Positions 20,840 to 30,402 of a stretch of 64,000 nucleotides of DNA are shown piece after piece (the first letter of the stretch is position 1; each line of letters starts with the position of its first letter). The DNA lies in contig JBIKIF010000001.1 of NCBI GenBank assembly GCA_044361745.1, positions 160,557 through 224,556 of the forward strand, written 5' to 3'. Below the pieces are notes generated by a model. It ran no database searches. It was not told where the DNA came from and saw nothing but the letters and a program-made list of their open reading frames with translations. The position numbers and the translations under genes are program-made. This stretch comes from Holosporales bacterium. GTDB taxonomy: Bacteria > Pseudomonadota > Alphaproteobacteria > Holosporales > CAZGKG01.

Positions 20840-22393
20840 ATGCTGAGTGGCTTACGGACTTGGGGATCGTCTTGGTCCGCTAAAATTATTTTGGGAACCT
20901 TGGCTGCCAGTATGGGTGTTTTCTGGGGGATGGGGGATTTTTTCTCAGGATCCGGCTCTCTGACTGTTGCAACTGTTGGGGATGTTCGGATTCGATCCCA
21001 GGATTTCCGCGCTCATCTTGAAAGGTATGTGCGGCGAGCTCAAAATCAAATTGGTCGCAGCTTGACCCTTGAGGAAATCAAAAATGCCCAGCTACCAAGG
21101 GTGATTTTGGCGGAAATGATTCAAGAAACATTGATGGATCTTGAGGTCGCCCGTTTGGGACTCACCGTTTCAGATGAGGCGGTTCGAAAGGCTGTTTTGG
21201 CGAACCCCGCTTTTCATGATGACAAAAAAGAATTCTCCCGGAAGAAGTTTGAAAGCGTACTGTCGGCTTTAGGGCTCTACGAAAAAGTGTTTTTGGATCT
21301 TTTAAAGAAGGAAATGTGCCGGTCTCAGCTAGTCAATGCTTTGAGAGGGCTTGTCCCCTCTCCAGAGACCATCGCCTCTTTGTGGGCGTCTGCTCAGACA
21401 CAAAAACGTTATGGAGGGATGGTGGTGGTTGCCGCCAATGCGCTTCCGGCGGCTCAAAAACCCACCCAAAAAGAGCTTGTGACCTTTTATGAAAAGGATA
21501 AAGAGCGCTTCCGTATTGCAGAGAAGCGAGGATTTTCTTTGGGTGTGTTAGATGTCCGTCAGATTGAGAAAGGGATTCAGGTCCCCGAATCTGATGTTCA
21601 AAAATCACTTGCACAAAAGGGAGGTCCGTCTTCGGACGCTGCACAGGCTGAGGTTTTGGCATCTTTGCGCAGGAAAAAAGCTATGGTGCAAGCCCATGAG
21701 CTGGCACAGCAAATGGAGGACGATTTAGCCTCAGGGGCTTCTTTGGAAGATATTTCCCAGAAATATGGGGTGACGTTTCAACAGGTACCGCCGTCTGCCC
21801 CTCCAGAAATTCAGCTCAAAGGGGGGAGTCTGTTGCAGCAGGATGTGATCCCAAAGATTTTTCAATTGAAGCAAGAAGGGGAGACTTCTGTCGAGCGATT
21901 CAATGACGGGACTTATGCGGTGCTGCGCTTGAACAAAATTCTGCCGTCCCGTATCCCGCCACTCTCAGAAATTTCCGAGCTGGTGCAGCAAGTGTGGACT
22001 AGGGAACAGAAGTTCGAAAAAGCTTTCGAATTGGCGCAACAAAAACTTAAAAATCTTCGTCTTGGAAAGATTTCTGACAAAACGTTGAAGGCCCTCCCTG
22101 CCGTGTCTCTTGGAAACAAAGATGCACCTGTAGGGGTGCCTCCTGAGGTGCAGACCGCACTTCTAGAACTGTCTCCTGGCGCATCCCGTGTGGTTCAAAG
22201 CGCAAAAAGGGGAGAGGCCTACGTTGTCAAGCTTTTTCGGATAGACGATCGCAAAGAAAAACCCACGGCCAAATTAACAGATGACGTTCATCAGATGTTG
22301 CAGGAAGATGTGATCCAAGCCTATGTTGTAGCACGTCAGTCCATTGTCCACATCAAAATTAATAAGGAAGCTCTGGCCGCAGTGGTGGGGTAA
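20840..22393 (+). CDS. SurA N-terminal domain/PpiD-like periplasmic chaperone
   Basis: N-terminal anchor, VATVG, LGLTVSDEAVR..NPAF pattern, rotamase-like region. Confidence 0.82.
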   Translation: MLSGLRTWGSSWSAKIILGTLAASMGVFWGMGDFFSGSGSLTVATVGDVRIRSQDFRAHLERYVRRAQNQIGRSLTLEEIKNAQLPRVILAEMIQETLMDLEVARLGLTVSDEAVRKAVLANPAFHDDKKEFSRKKFESVLSALGLYEKVFLDLLKKEMCRSQLVNALRGLVPSPETIASLWASAQTQKRYGGMVVVAANALPAAQKPTQKELVTFYEKDKERFRIAEKRGFSLGVLDVRQIEKGIQVPESDVQKSLAQKGGPSSDAAQAEVLASLRRKKAMVQAHELAQQMEDDLASGASLEDISQKYGVTFQQVPPSAPPEIQLKGGSLLQQDVIPKIFQLKQEGETSVERFNDGTYAVLRLNKILPSRIPPLSEISELVQQVWTREQKFEKAFELAQQKLKNLRLGKISDKTLKALPAVSLGNKDAPVGVPPEVQTALLELSPGASRVVQSAKRGEAYVVKLFRIDDRKEKPTAKLTDDVHQMLQEDVIQAYVVARQSIVHIKINKEALAAVVG

Positions 22394-22417
22394 CCTCAGT
22401 TTCATAGAAAACTGAAG
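22394..22417 (+). terminator. hairpin directly after the PpiD-like gene
   Basis: TCAGTTT-catag a-AAACTGA inverted repeat immediately after the stop. Confidence 0.5.
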
Positions 22418-22420
22418 AAA

Positions 22421-22683
22421 TCTCCCCCCGATTGGCGTGCGAACCGAATAGATTGCGAGATCCAAGGCGACATTTTGATCTCGACTGGAGGGTTTTTATG
22501 ACCCCGCTCAATCAGAGCGATCATGCCGATCTTAGGTGAATCAGGCTTCACCGGGCATCATCTTACGCCCAGAACGACAGCGATAAGGGGCCAGTAGGGC
22601 CACTCCCTGTGCTCACTTTCACGCAACTGCGTATCAGTCCGAGGGCAGCCCTTAGAGAGAGATGACTGAGGCCGACATCATTT
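22421..22683 (-). ncRNA. multi-hairpin structured element, possibly orphan IS110 left end/bridge RNA
   Basis: at least 8 nested or serial stems; G-U pairs work only on the minus strand; no credible ORF; IS110 resemblance is from memory only. Confidence 0.5.
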
Positions 22684-22817
22684 TAAAAGACCTCATTCAT
22701 CCACTTGATCTTCACAGGGTCGAAGGTAAGGGTGCACTCAAGCGTAAAGTGCAACACAATCATCATTTAAATTTTTGATCGAAAGTCTCGAGAGTTTTTA
22801 TCTATTTAGGGCATCGT

Positions 22818-23795
22818 TTAAGAGTTTGTAACCCGTGCCATATGTGGCCTGAGGTTCGGTATGGTCGCCCAATAGGCAGTTCTGAGAGATCCAATTCTCT
22901 GCACCTGCGCTGGATGGGAAGATTTTCCCTTGAGGGGTGCTATCACGGAATTCTTGATTTTTTGAGAGCCCACGAAACGACCTAAGGGTTTTGTCCTCGT
23001 TGCTGCGGCCCTCCATGCTTTGAAATAGCGCAAGGAGGGGGTTCTCCGGAGGCCTCCACCTTCGCCAGAGTCATTGTGTGACACGTTGGGAGAGGGGGGA
23101 AGAAGCTCGGTCGGATGATTACTCTTTAAATAGGTATATTGAACCCTCGGCGTCACAGAATGGCGCCGCCCAGGGAAAGACTCTTTGATGCTCTGCCGTT
23201 TCACATCCTCCCAAACCCCCAAAACTTTCCGTCGATAAGGAATATGATGGGACGGATTCATGGAGTGATAATGGGCAACCGCTACGCGCCATCCTCCGTC
23301 CTGTGCTTGAGACAATTGACTTAAAAATTCAGCCGCATAATGGATATTTTTTACGGGATCAAAGGCTTCTTCCAGAGAGCGAAATGCGTTCGGGTGATGG
23401 AGCAAATTAATTTGCATAGGCCCCACATCGATGCTGCGCACCCCACGGGCTTGGAACCAACGCACTTTCTGAATCGCCGCATTTTTGGAGGAAAAAAAAT
23501 AGCCTTTGCCCTCGACGTTAATCGTCCAAGGCCAAGGGTTCGTTTGGCCATTTTGAAATCGCCCTGATTCAGAAAGGGCAATGGCCCGCAGCAAATGTTT
23601 GGGGATACCGTGCGCCTGTTCTGCGCGCCTGAGAATCTTGAGAAGCCGCGATGGTGAAGACGACCGTTTTCTCCAAGATCCATCCGCCCAGAAACCCTTC
23701 TGAGATGGGATAGAAAACGTCCCTAAAACATCAGGCGCAAAAGAAAACCCGACCAAAACTATGAAAGACTTAAGAGAGAGTGTCCGCAATTCCAT
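22818..23795 (-). CDS. lytic transglycosylase (SLT domain, SltF/PleA-like)
   Basis: AIALSESGR, PWPWTINVEG, SIDVGPMQINL..HP.AF, AVAHYHS. Confidence 0.88.
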   Translation of the reverse strand: MELRTLSLKSFIVLVGFSFAPDVLGTFSIPSQKGFWADGSWRKRSSSPSRLLKILRRAEQAHGIPKHLLRAIALSESGRFQNGQTNPWPWTINVEGKGYFFSSKNAAIQKVRWFQARGVRSIDVGPMQINLLHHPNAFRSLEEAFDPVKNIHYAAEFLSQLSQAQDGGWRVAVAHYHSMNPSHHIPYRRKVLGVWEDVKRQSIKESFPGRRHSVTPRVQYTYLKSNHPTELLPPSPNVSHNDSGEGGGLRRTPSLRYFKAWRAAATRTKPLGRFVGSQKIKNSVIAPLKGKSSHPAQVQRIGSLRTAYWATIPNLRPHMARVTNS

Positions 23796-23954
23796 AAAAA
23801 CCTTATGTTTTCTTGGACATGCTAGGGAAAAATTCTCTCTAATTCTTTAAAAAGCCCATCCGTATGTTTAAGTTGCGTGCAAATAAGTACAGGAGAGTTG
23901 CCCTGCCGTCCTCCTGATCGATTCATCCATTCTGTTGACAGGGTCTCTCCAGCG

Positions 23955-24239
23955 CTATAGAGGGGCGCGCTCTCTCAGCTTGCGACGCAGAGTGTTTCGA
24001 TGAATGCCTAAAATATCCGAGGCTTTGACCTGGTTTCCATCAACCGCCTTCAGGGTTTCCTGGAAAAGAACCGTTTCCACCTCCTCCATCACCCGGTGAT
24101 ATAGACCCCCAGGGGGCAGATGGTCCTGATGGTCTTTGAAATAAGACCGAAGATAATAAGCCACAGCGCCCGAAAGACCCAAGGCTTCAAGATCTGTGAG
24201 AAGTTTCCTGTCTAAGCTTTTCACCCAAGATCTCCCCAT
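23955..24239 (-). CDS. Fis-like protein (stand-alone NtrC C-terminal HTH)
   Basis: YF..H...LPPGGLYHRVMEEVE..GNQVKASDILGIHRNTLRRKL; overlaps the dusB stop. Confidence 0.88.
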   Translation of the reverse strand: MGRSWVKSLDRKLLTDLEALGLSGAVAYYLRSYFKDHQDHLPPGGLYHRVMEEVETVLFQETLKAVDGNQVKASDILGIHRNTLRRKLRERAPL

Positions 24240-25222
24240 GAAACAGACGAGGTAGCGGGGGCATAAAGCTGGTCCAACAGGCGCTCAATCGTTTTTAAAT
24301 CTTCTGTCTGGTTAATGGCAGAGCGGAACTCAGAGGATCCAGCGTATCCTTTACTATACCAACCTAAATGTTTCCGGGCGATCTTAACCCCCGCTTCAAA
24401 ACCATAGTGGCTGAGAATCATGTCAAGATGCTCCCGTACCAGCATTTTTTGTTCTTCGGGAGACGGAGAAGGGAGATAGGTTCCCGTCCCAAGAAAGTGA
24501 CGAATTTGATTGAGAAACCAGGGTCTTCCATAGCATCCACGCCCCACCATCACACCATCCGCCCCTGATTCAGCCAGCAATTGAGCAGCGTTATCTTCCG
24601 TGACTACATCCCCGTTCCCTACCACAGGAATGTTCACAGCCTCCTTCACCGTCCGGATAAAAGCCCAATCCGCTTTGCCTGTGTACAGCTGACAGCGCGT
24701 CCGCCCATGAACAGTCACCATCTGAATGCCGGAATCTTCTGCAATCTTTGCAAGCTTTGGAGCATTTAAGTGGGCATCATCCCATCCTTTCCGCATCTTC
24801 AAGGTGACCGGCACATTTACAGCCCGCACGGTGGTTTCAAGAATTTTCCCTGCGAGACATTCATCCCGCATGAGGGCAGACCCGGCGTAATTGTTGACCA
24901 CCTTCTTCATGGGGCAGCCCATGTTGATGTCGATCATCACAGCGCCACGATCCACATTCAGGCGCGCTGCTTCTGCCACAACTAGAGGATCAGTGCCTGC
25001 CAGTTGAACCGCCATCGGGAATTCTTCCAGAGCATACTGGCACATGCGCATAGACTGGCGCGTCTCCCGGATCATCGCTTGGCTGGCAATCATTTCTGAA
25101 ATGACAAGGGAGGCGCCGTGACGCTTCACAAGACGCCGAAATGGCATGTCTGTGACCCCAGACATGGGGGCCAAAATCACATTGTCTGAAAGCTGAATAG
25201 GGCCAATTTTAAAAGACATCAC
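24221..25222 (-). CDS. dusB: tRNA-dihydrouridine synthase B (NifR3)
   Basis: LAPMSGVTD, DINMGCP, VHGRTR, GNGDV, RKHLGWY. Confidence 0.96.
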   Translation of the reverse strand: MMSFKIGPIQLSDNVILAPMSGVTDMPFRRLVKRHGASLVISEMIASQAMIRETRQSMRMCQYALEEFPMAVQLAGTDPLVVAEAARLNVDRGAVMIDINMGCPMKKVVNNYAGSALMRDECLAGKILETTVRAVNVPVTLKMRKGWDDAHLNAPKLAKIAEDSGIQMVTVHGRTRCQLYTGKADWAFIRTVKEAVNIPVVGNGDVVTEDNAAQLLAESGADGVMVGRGCYGRPWFLNQIRHFLGTGTYLPSPSPEEQKMLVREHLDMILSHYGFEAGVKIARKHLGWYSKGYAGSSEFRSAINQTEDLKTIERLLDQLYAPATSSVSWGDLG

Positions 25223-25227
25223 AAAAC

Positions 25228-25692
25228 CTAAAGAGGGGTTGGCTGAGAGTACAAAGCACAGGCACGTTGTTCAAAAGCTGTCATCATGCGAACCACAGCA
25301 CTTTCAAAGAACACTCCCATAAGACGGGCAAGAATGAAATTGTCCAGTTCAAAATCAATCGCGAAATCAACAAAACTGGTGGTTCCGTCTTCGGAATGGG
25401 GGGCAAAAACCCAAACATTTGTGAGATATTTTAAGGGACCTGACTGATACGCCACCTCAATGCGCTCAGAGGGCTTCAAAGTGACAAGGGACCGAAAACG
25501 CCCCTGAAGGGGTCCCTCACCGACCACCAGATCTGCCACCATTTTTGTATCCGCTTCCTCCAAAATAATCGCTTCTTGACACCACGGAAGAAAGTCTGGG
25601 TACGCCCGTACATCCGCCGCCACAGCGTACATCTGGGCCGCAGAAAAAGGGAAGAGGCGTTTCTCTTGATAAGCGGGCATACGGGGGACCAT
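25228..25692 (-). CDS. RatA/Coq10 START-domain protein
   Basis: ADV..YPDFLPWC, GPLKYLTNVW, AFEQRA. Confidence 0.9.
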   Translation of the reverse strand: MVPRMPAYQEKRLFPFSAAQMYAVAADVRAYPDFLPWCQEAIILEEADTKMVADLVVGEGPLQGRFRSLVTLKPSERIEVAYQSGPLKYLTNVWVFAPHSEDGTTSFVDFAIDFELDNFILARLMGVFFESAVVRMMTAFEQRACALYSQPTPL

Positions 25693-25920
25693 CCGAATTT
25701 TTTAACCTGTTAACTGAGAGTCTAGCAGACCCGTACAGGGATATTCTAGGTTTCGTGTAGAAATTTTTTTTAAAAAAAATGGATCAGACGTTTGCATTTT
25801 GGGTGTGGGATTTGGTAATCTGAGGATGACCTCAAACCCATCCTTTGGTTCCCGTCATCTATCACTCCGTTTAACCCTTAGGTGATCTATCGGTTTCTTC
25901 TCCGAAAGACCTAATTCATT

Positions 25921-25936
25921 GTAATTATTCCTTAAC
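25921..25936 (+). promoter_or_regulatory. possible CtrA site upstream of fliI
   Basis: GTAA-TTATTCC-TTAAC, one mismatch to TTAA-N7-TTAAC. Confidence 0.35.
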
Positions 25937-25982
25937 TGAACTCCCCTTATGGTGCCAATCAATCCTGTGATCAAGAGCCCTT

Positions 25983-27347
25983 ATGATGTCTTTAATTCCC
26001 CTCCATCATCCTCTTAAGAATACGATCGCCTGTGTTCAAACCTCTTTTGAGCGTGGCCTTGCAAGCATCACGGCAAGCACTTTTTTCGGCAAAATCACCT
26101 CTGCTCGGGGTCTCCTTGTGGAAGCTGTGGGGATCACCCCCCGCGTCCATTTGGGAAGCACAGTCTCCATTCAGCAAAAAGATGCAGAAGGGCTATTGGC
26201 AGAGGTGGTGGGGTTTCGAGAAGAAACGGTTTTACTCATGGCTTATGGCACGCTTGAAGGGATCCGTCCTGGCGCCCGTGTTGATATTGTACAAGACTCC
26301 TTGAAAGTTTACCCCACAAAGGCTTGGCAAGGTCGGGTGATTGATGCCCTTGGGCAGCCTCTGGATCACAAAGGACCCCTGCCACAGGGCTCTCAAGCCT
26401 ACGGGCTCAAAGCATCCCCTCCCCAAGCCCATACCCGGAAACGCACCAATGCCCGCATTGACCTCGGCGTTAAAGCCCTCAACACCTTCACAACCTGCTG
26501 TCGGGGGCAGCGAATCGGTATTTTTGCTGGATCCGGAGTGGGGAAGTCTGTTCTTTTAGGACAAATCACCCGTTTTACAGAGTGTGATGTTGTGATCGTC
26601 GGATTGATTGGAGAGCGCGGACGGGAGGTCGGGGAATTTTTGGAAGACCAGCTGGGGGAAGACGGACTGAAGAGAGCAATTGTTGTCGTGGCGACATCGG
26701 ATCAACCAGCCCTTCTACGCAGGCAAGCCGCCTATTTAACCATGACCTTGGCCGAATATTTCAGAGACCAAGGGCTGAATGTTTTGTGCCTCATGGATAG
26801 TGTCACGCGATTCGCATCCGCCCAGAGAGAAATTGGGCTCTCTGCAGGGGAACCTCCCACCACCAGAGGCTTTCCCCCTACGGTCTTTTCGGAACTTCCA
26901 AGGCTCCTAGAGCGTGCTGGAACCACAGACCATGAAGGGTCGATTACGGGAATTTTTACGATTTTGGTCGAAGGCGACGACCACAATGAACCCATCTCTG
27001 ACGCCACCCGAAGCATTTTAGATGGCCACATTGTCTTGGACCGCAGCATTGCAGAGAAGGGTCGCTACCCTGCAGTCAACATTCTCAAAAGTCTGTCCCG
27101 CACTATGCCCGACTGCAACACTCTAGAGGAAACGGAACACATTCAGAAAGCACGAAAATCTATGGCAGTTTACGAAGATATTGCCGAAATGTTAAGCCTG
27201 GGCGCTTACCGTCCGGGAAGCTCTGCAGAGGTTGATGCGGCTATTGCCCTTTATCCAAAACTGAACGCATTTTTGAGTCAACGGAAAACGGAGCACACCA
27301 AAATAAATGATGGATTTGCGCAGCTCAAGGACATTCTTTCTTCATGA
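25983..27347 (+). CDS. fliI: flagellar export ATPase
   Basis: GIFAGSGVGKS, LIGERGRE, MDSVTRF, GEPPTTRG, ILDGHIVL. Confidence 0.93.
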   Translation: MMSLIPLHHPLKNTIACVQTSFERGLASITASTFFGKITSARGLLVEAVGITPRVHLGSTVSIQQKDAEGLLAEVVGFREETVLLMAYGTLEGIRPGARVDIVQDSLKVYPTKAWQGRVIDALGQPLDHKGPLPQGSQAYGLKASPPQAHTRKRTNARIDLGVKALNTFTTCCRGQRIGIFAGSGVGKSVLLGQITRFTECDVVIVGLIGERGREVGEFLEDQLGEDGLKRAIVVVATSDQPALLRRQAAYLTMTLAEYFRDQGLNVLCLMDSVTRFASAQREIGLSAGEPPTTRGFPPTVFSELPRLLERAGTTDHEGSITGIFTILVEGDDHNEPISDATRSILDGHIVLDRSIAEKGRYPAVNILKSLSRTMPDCNTLEETEHIQKARKSMAVYEDIAEMLSLGAYRPGSSAEVDAAIALYPKLNAFLSQRKTEHTKINDGFAQLKDILSS

Positions 27348-27766
27348 AACCCACAAGCTATCTTTTATTGAGCCGATTGGCGCGCCACAAACTTTTAGAA
27401 CAACGCACTGGCTATCTAGAGGTGGCTGAGAAGTTCACCCAAACAGTGAATCAGATCAAGATTCTCGACGATTCTTTAATGGAGGAACATGCTTTTGTCT
27501 CCGTACGACCGGATTTAAAGCCTCTTTTGGAGGAATTTCGGAAAAATCTGAGCCAAAAACAAGTCCAATTAGCGCGACAAAAAAGAGCTATCACCCAAGA
27601 AATGCAAAGCTATCAGAGGCGCATTAACCATCTTTTCCGCGAGAAAAAATCTTATGAAATTCCTTGCAGAACCATGCAACAAACGGCGGAAGAGTCTTTT
27701 AAACTCAAAGAACAAAAGACGCTGGATGAGGTAGCCCTTCTTCCTTTTATAGCTAAGTTTAAATAA
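27344..27766 (+). CDS. FliJ-like coiled-coil protein
   Basis: 140 aa helical protein, ATGA-coupled to fliI, C-terminal EQKTLDE motif. Confidence 0.65.
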   Translation: MKPTSYLLLSRLARHKLLEQRTGYLEVAEKFTQTVNQIKILDDSLMEEHAFVSVRPDLKPLLEEFRKNLSQKQVQLARQKRAITQEMQSYQRRINHLFREKKSYEIPCRTMQQTAEESFKLKEQKTLDEVALLPFIAKFK

Positions 27767-27846
27767 TTTAATCGACAGAGTCGATCTGTCACCTATGGAT
27801 TGAACAGAATCCTATAAGGATCCCGACGCTGATTTGAGAGTTTTCA

Positions 27847-27902
27847 GGTAAGGGTTTCCCATTCTGAGAGCGCTGTCTTCTGGGCGGCGAGTCCTCTTAA
27901 GC
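27847..27902. repeat. short dispersed repeat, copy A
   Basis: about 43/57 identity to 52127-52183, shared CGCTGTCTTCT and TCTTAAGC blocks. Confidence 0.5.
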
Positions 27903-28036
27903 GAGACAATAGCCATGTCAGACGAGAAGGTTCACTGATCGGTGACCCTCTGACTCGCCATAAAGGAAGGAAGGGAATGTCAGATTTCGAGGGAAGGGGC
28001 TTTTGTTTTGCTGAGGTTTGGCGTATGGATAACGCT

Positions 28037-29479
28037 ATGAGTTTTTCCACATTCAATTCACGACCAGTCTTCTTCATCGTCGGGATTTTTCTCATGGTTC
28101 TATCGCTCACCATGATTATCCCGGCGGGTCTTGATTTTTGGGGTGAAGATCCCAATGCCCAGAATTTTGTGGGATCTTGTTTCGTATGCGGCTTTATTGG
28201 GGGCATTGGTTTTCTTGCTCATCGTTATGAGGGGCAGATTGAGTTCCGTGTTCGGGAAACGTTTTTTCTCACTGTAATGACTTGGGTGTCTGTGTCCTTT
28301 TTTGCAGCCCTTCCATTCATCCTATCTCAGGTGGTGGACTCTTTTACAGATGGGGTGTTTGAGGCGGTTTCTGCCCTGACAACCACAGGGTTTAGTTTGC
28401 TCAAAGGGATTGATTCAGCGCCTCGGAGCCTTCTGTTGTGGCGAAGTATTTTGCAGTGGCTTGGTGGACTGGGGATTATGTTGATGGGCCTCACCCTTCT
28501 ACCTTTTTTGCGCATTGGGGGGATGCAACTCTTTTATGCAGAATTCTCTGATCGCAATGAAAAAATTCTCCCAAAATTATCTCAAATTACTCGGGCTCTT
28601 TTTGGGGTTTATTTGGCGTTGACGTTGTTCTGTGCGATTGCTCTGTGGCTTGAAAGCATGTCTCCATTTGAGGCGATTTGCCATAGCATGAGCACAATTT
28701 CCACAGGAGGGCTGTCCACGTCTTCGGAGGGGATTAGTCATTTTGAATCTTCAACAACCCGTTGGATTCTGAGTTTTTTTATGGTGCTATCCGCGTCTCC
28801 CCTTTTGCTGCTTGTGCGCATGTTAAAGGGGGATCCCAAAGCTTACTTTAAAGATACCCAGGTGCGAACCTATCTTTTGTGGTTGGGGGTGGGGATGGTT
28901 TTTGTGATCTTCTGGTTATGGTGGGTAGAATCCCATGGGTTTATGGAAAGCCTGAATCAAGGGGTTTTTCAGGCAGCCAGTGTGCTCACGACCACAGGTT
29001 TTTACATTGCGGATGGAGCGCCAGCCCCTCTCTCCCTATTCTTTTTGTTCGCTTCGTTAGTGGGTGGTTGCACGGGATCAACAGCGGGGGGAATTAAAAT
29101 CTTCCGGTTTCAAATCATTTACCGGGTCCTTCGGGCCCAGATGCATCAATTGCTCCATCCCCATGGGGTTTTTATTCCAGTCTACTCCAAGCGAAATGTT
29201 GAAAATCAGGTGATTGCGTCTGTGTTTTCTTTTTTAGCGGTCTATTTAATCAGTTGTTCTCTTCTTGCGATTGGATTTAGTATTTGTGGGGCGGGGGAAA
29301 CTCAGGGAGTTTATCTCGCGGTGAATGTCTTGTCCAACACAGGGGTCGGTGCCTTCCCTCGGGACGTATTTTTATATCCACAGATTGCAGAATGGCTTGC
29401 GATTTTTGGAATGATCTTAGGCAGGCTTGAATTTTTTACAGTTCTGATTGTATGCATTCAGCCTTTTTGTAGGTATTGA
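28037..29479 (+). CDS. trkH: Trk potassium uptake membrane protein
   Basis: FEAVSALTTTG, WRSILQWLGGLG, STISTGG, GGCTGSTAGGIKIFR, GRLEF; start uncertain (27977/28025/28037). Confidence 0.93.
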   Translation: MSFSTFNSRPVFFIVGIFLMVLSLTMIIPAGLDFWGEDPNAQNFVGSCFVCGFIGGIGFLAHRYEGQIEFRVRETFFLTVMTWVSVSFFAALPFILSQVVDSFTDGVFEAVSALTTTGFSLLKGIDSAPRSLLLWRSILQWLGGLGIMLMGLTLLPFLRIGGMQLFYAEFSDRNEKILPKLSQITRALFGVYLALTLFCAIALWLESMSPFEAICHSMSTISTGGLSTSSEGISHFESSTTRWILSFFMVLSASPLLLLVRMLKGDPKAYFKDTQVRTYLLWLGVGMVFVIFWLWWVESHGFMESLNQGVFQAASVLTTTGFYIADGAPAPLSLFFLFASLVGGCTGSTAGGIKIFRFQIIYRVLRAQMHQLLHPHGVFIPVYSKRNVENQVIASVFSFLAVYLISCSLLAIGFSICGAGETQGVYLAVNVLSNTGVGAFPRDVFLYPQIAEWLAIFGMILGRLEFFTVLIVCIQPFCRY

Positions 29480-29483
29480 TTTT

Positions 29484-30362
29484 ATGCGTTCATTGACGTC
29501 CTTTCCCCCGTCCACTGATGCTCAAAAAGACCAGGCATCCCAATGGTTTCAATCCCTTCAGACAGTTATTTGCTCAGGACTTGAAGCCCTGGAGTCTGAA
29601 TTTGATTCGGTGGGAGAGCCCCCTCGTTTTCGTCGGGAAACTTGGGAAAGAAGCGGGGGCGGGGGCGGGTGCATGGCGCTCCTCCAAGGCCGTTTGTTTG
29701 AAAAGGCTGGAGTGAATGTGTCCACTGTTTTCGGAGAATTCTCTCAAGAATTCTCCGCCGCGATTCCAGGCGCCAGCCAAGACCCAAGATTTTGGGCTTC
29801 AGGGCTGTCTTTGGTGATTCATCCCCGCAGTCCCCATGTGCCTATTGTCCATATGAACACGCGTCATATCGTCACCACCACCAGTTGGTTTGGGGGGGGG
29901 ATTGACCTCACACCTGTCTTTCCAGATGGGGAGCAAACGGGATTTTTTCATCAGCACTTGGAACAGGTGTGCAACTGTTTTGATCCGACCTTTTACCCCA
30001 AATTTAAAGAGTGGGCTGATACCTATTTCTATCTTCCCCATCGGGGGGAAATGCGTGGGGTTGGAGGAATCTTCTATGATGATTTGGTTGTGGGGGAGGA
30101 TTGGGATGTGTCGATGGAATTCACCAAAGCGGTTGGAGAGGCGTTCCTGGATGTTTATGCGCCTCTGGTGCGCCAGAATTGGCATAAGCCTGTCAGTTCT
30201 TCCGATTTAGAGGCACAGCTTCGTAAGCGGGGCAGATACGTTGAGTTTAATTTGCTGTATGATCGGGGCACTTTATTTGGTCTCAAGACAGGCGGTAAAA
30301 TAGAAGCCATTTTGATGTCATTGCCGCCCCTTGCTGGGTGGCTTGGGCCCGTGAATCCTTAA
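29484..30362 (+). CDS. hemF: oxygen-dependent coproporphyrinogen III oxidase
   Basis: FEKAGVN, HMNTR, WFGGGIDLTP, RGVGGIFYD, RGRYVEFNLLYDRGTLFGL. Confidence 0.96.
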   Translation: MRSLTSFPPSTDAQKDQASQWFQSLQTVICSGLEALESEFDSVGEPPRFRRETWERSGGGGGCMALLQGRLFEKAGVNVSTVFGEFSQEFSAAIPGASQDPRFWASGLSLVIHPRSPHVPIVHMNTRHIVTTTSWFGGGIDLTPVFPDGEQTGFFHQHLEQVCNCFDPTFYPKFKEWADTYFYLPHRGEMRGVGGIFYDDLVVGEDWDVSMEFTKAVGEAFLDVYAPLVRQNWHKPVSSSDLEAQLRKRGRYVEFNLLYDRGTLFGLKTGGKIEAILMSLPPLAGWLGPVNP

Positions 30363-30402
30363 AGAATTTGAGTATGAGTCGAACGTTTCAACGGAGGAAA
30401 AA

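Noticed and set aside
22421-22683. tmRNA, RNase P, 6S or group II intron identity for the structured element
   Set aside because: No tag reading frame or tRNA-like end, no GAGGAAAGTCC, no single long 6S rod and no domain V motif were recognised; formal exclusion needs cmscan.
25228-25692. RatA as a toxin-antitoxin module
   Set aside because: No RatB partner adjacent; a Coq10-like ubiquinone-binding role is more parsimonious.
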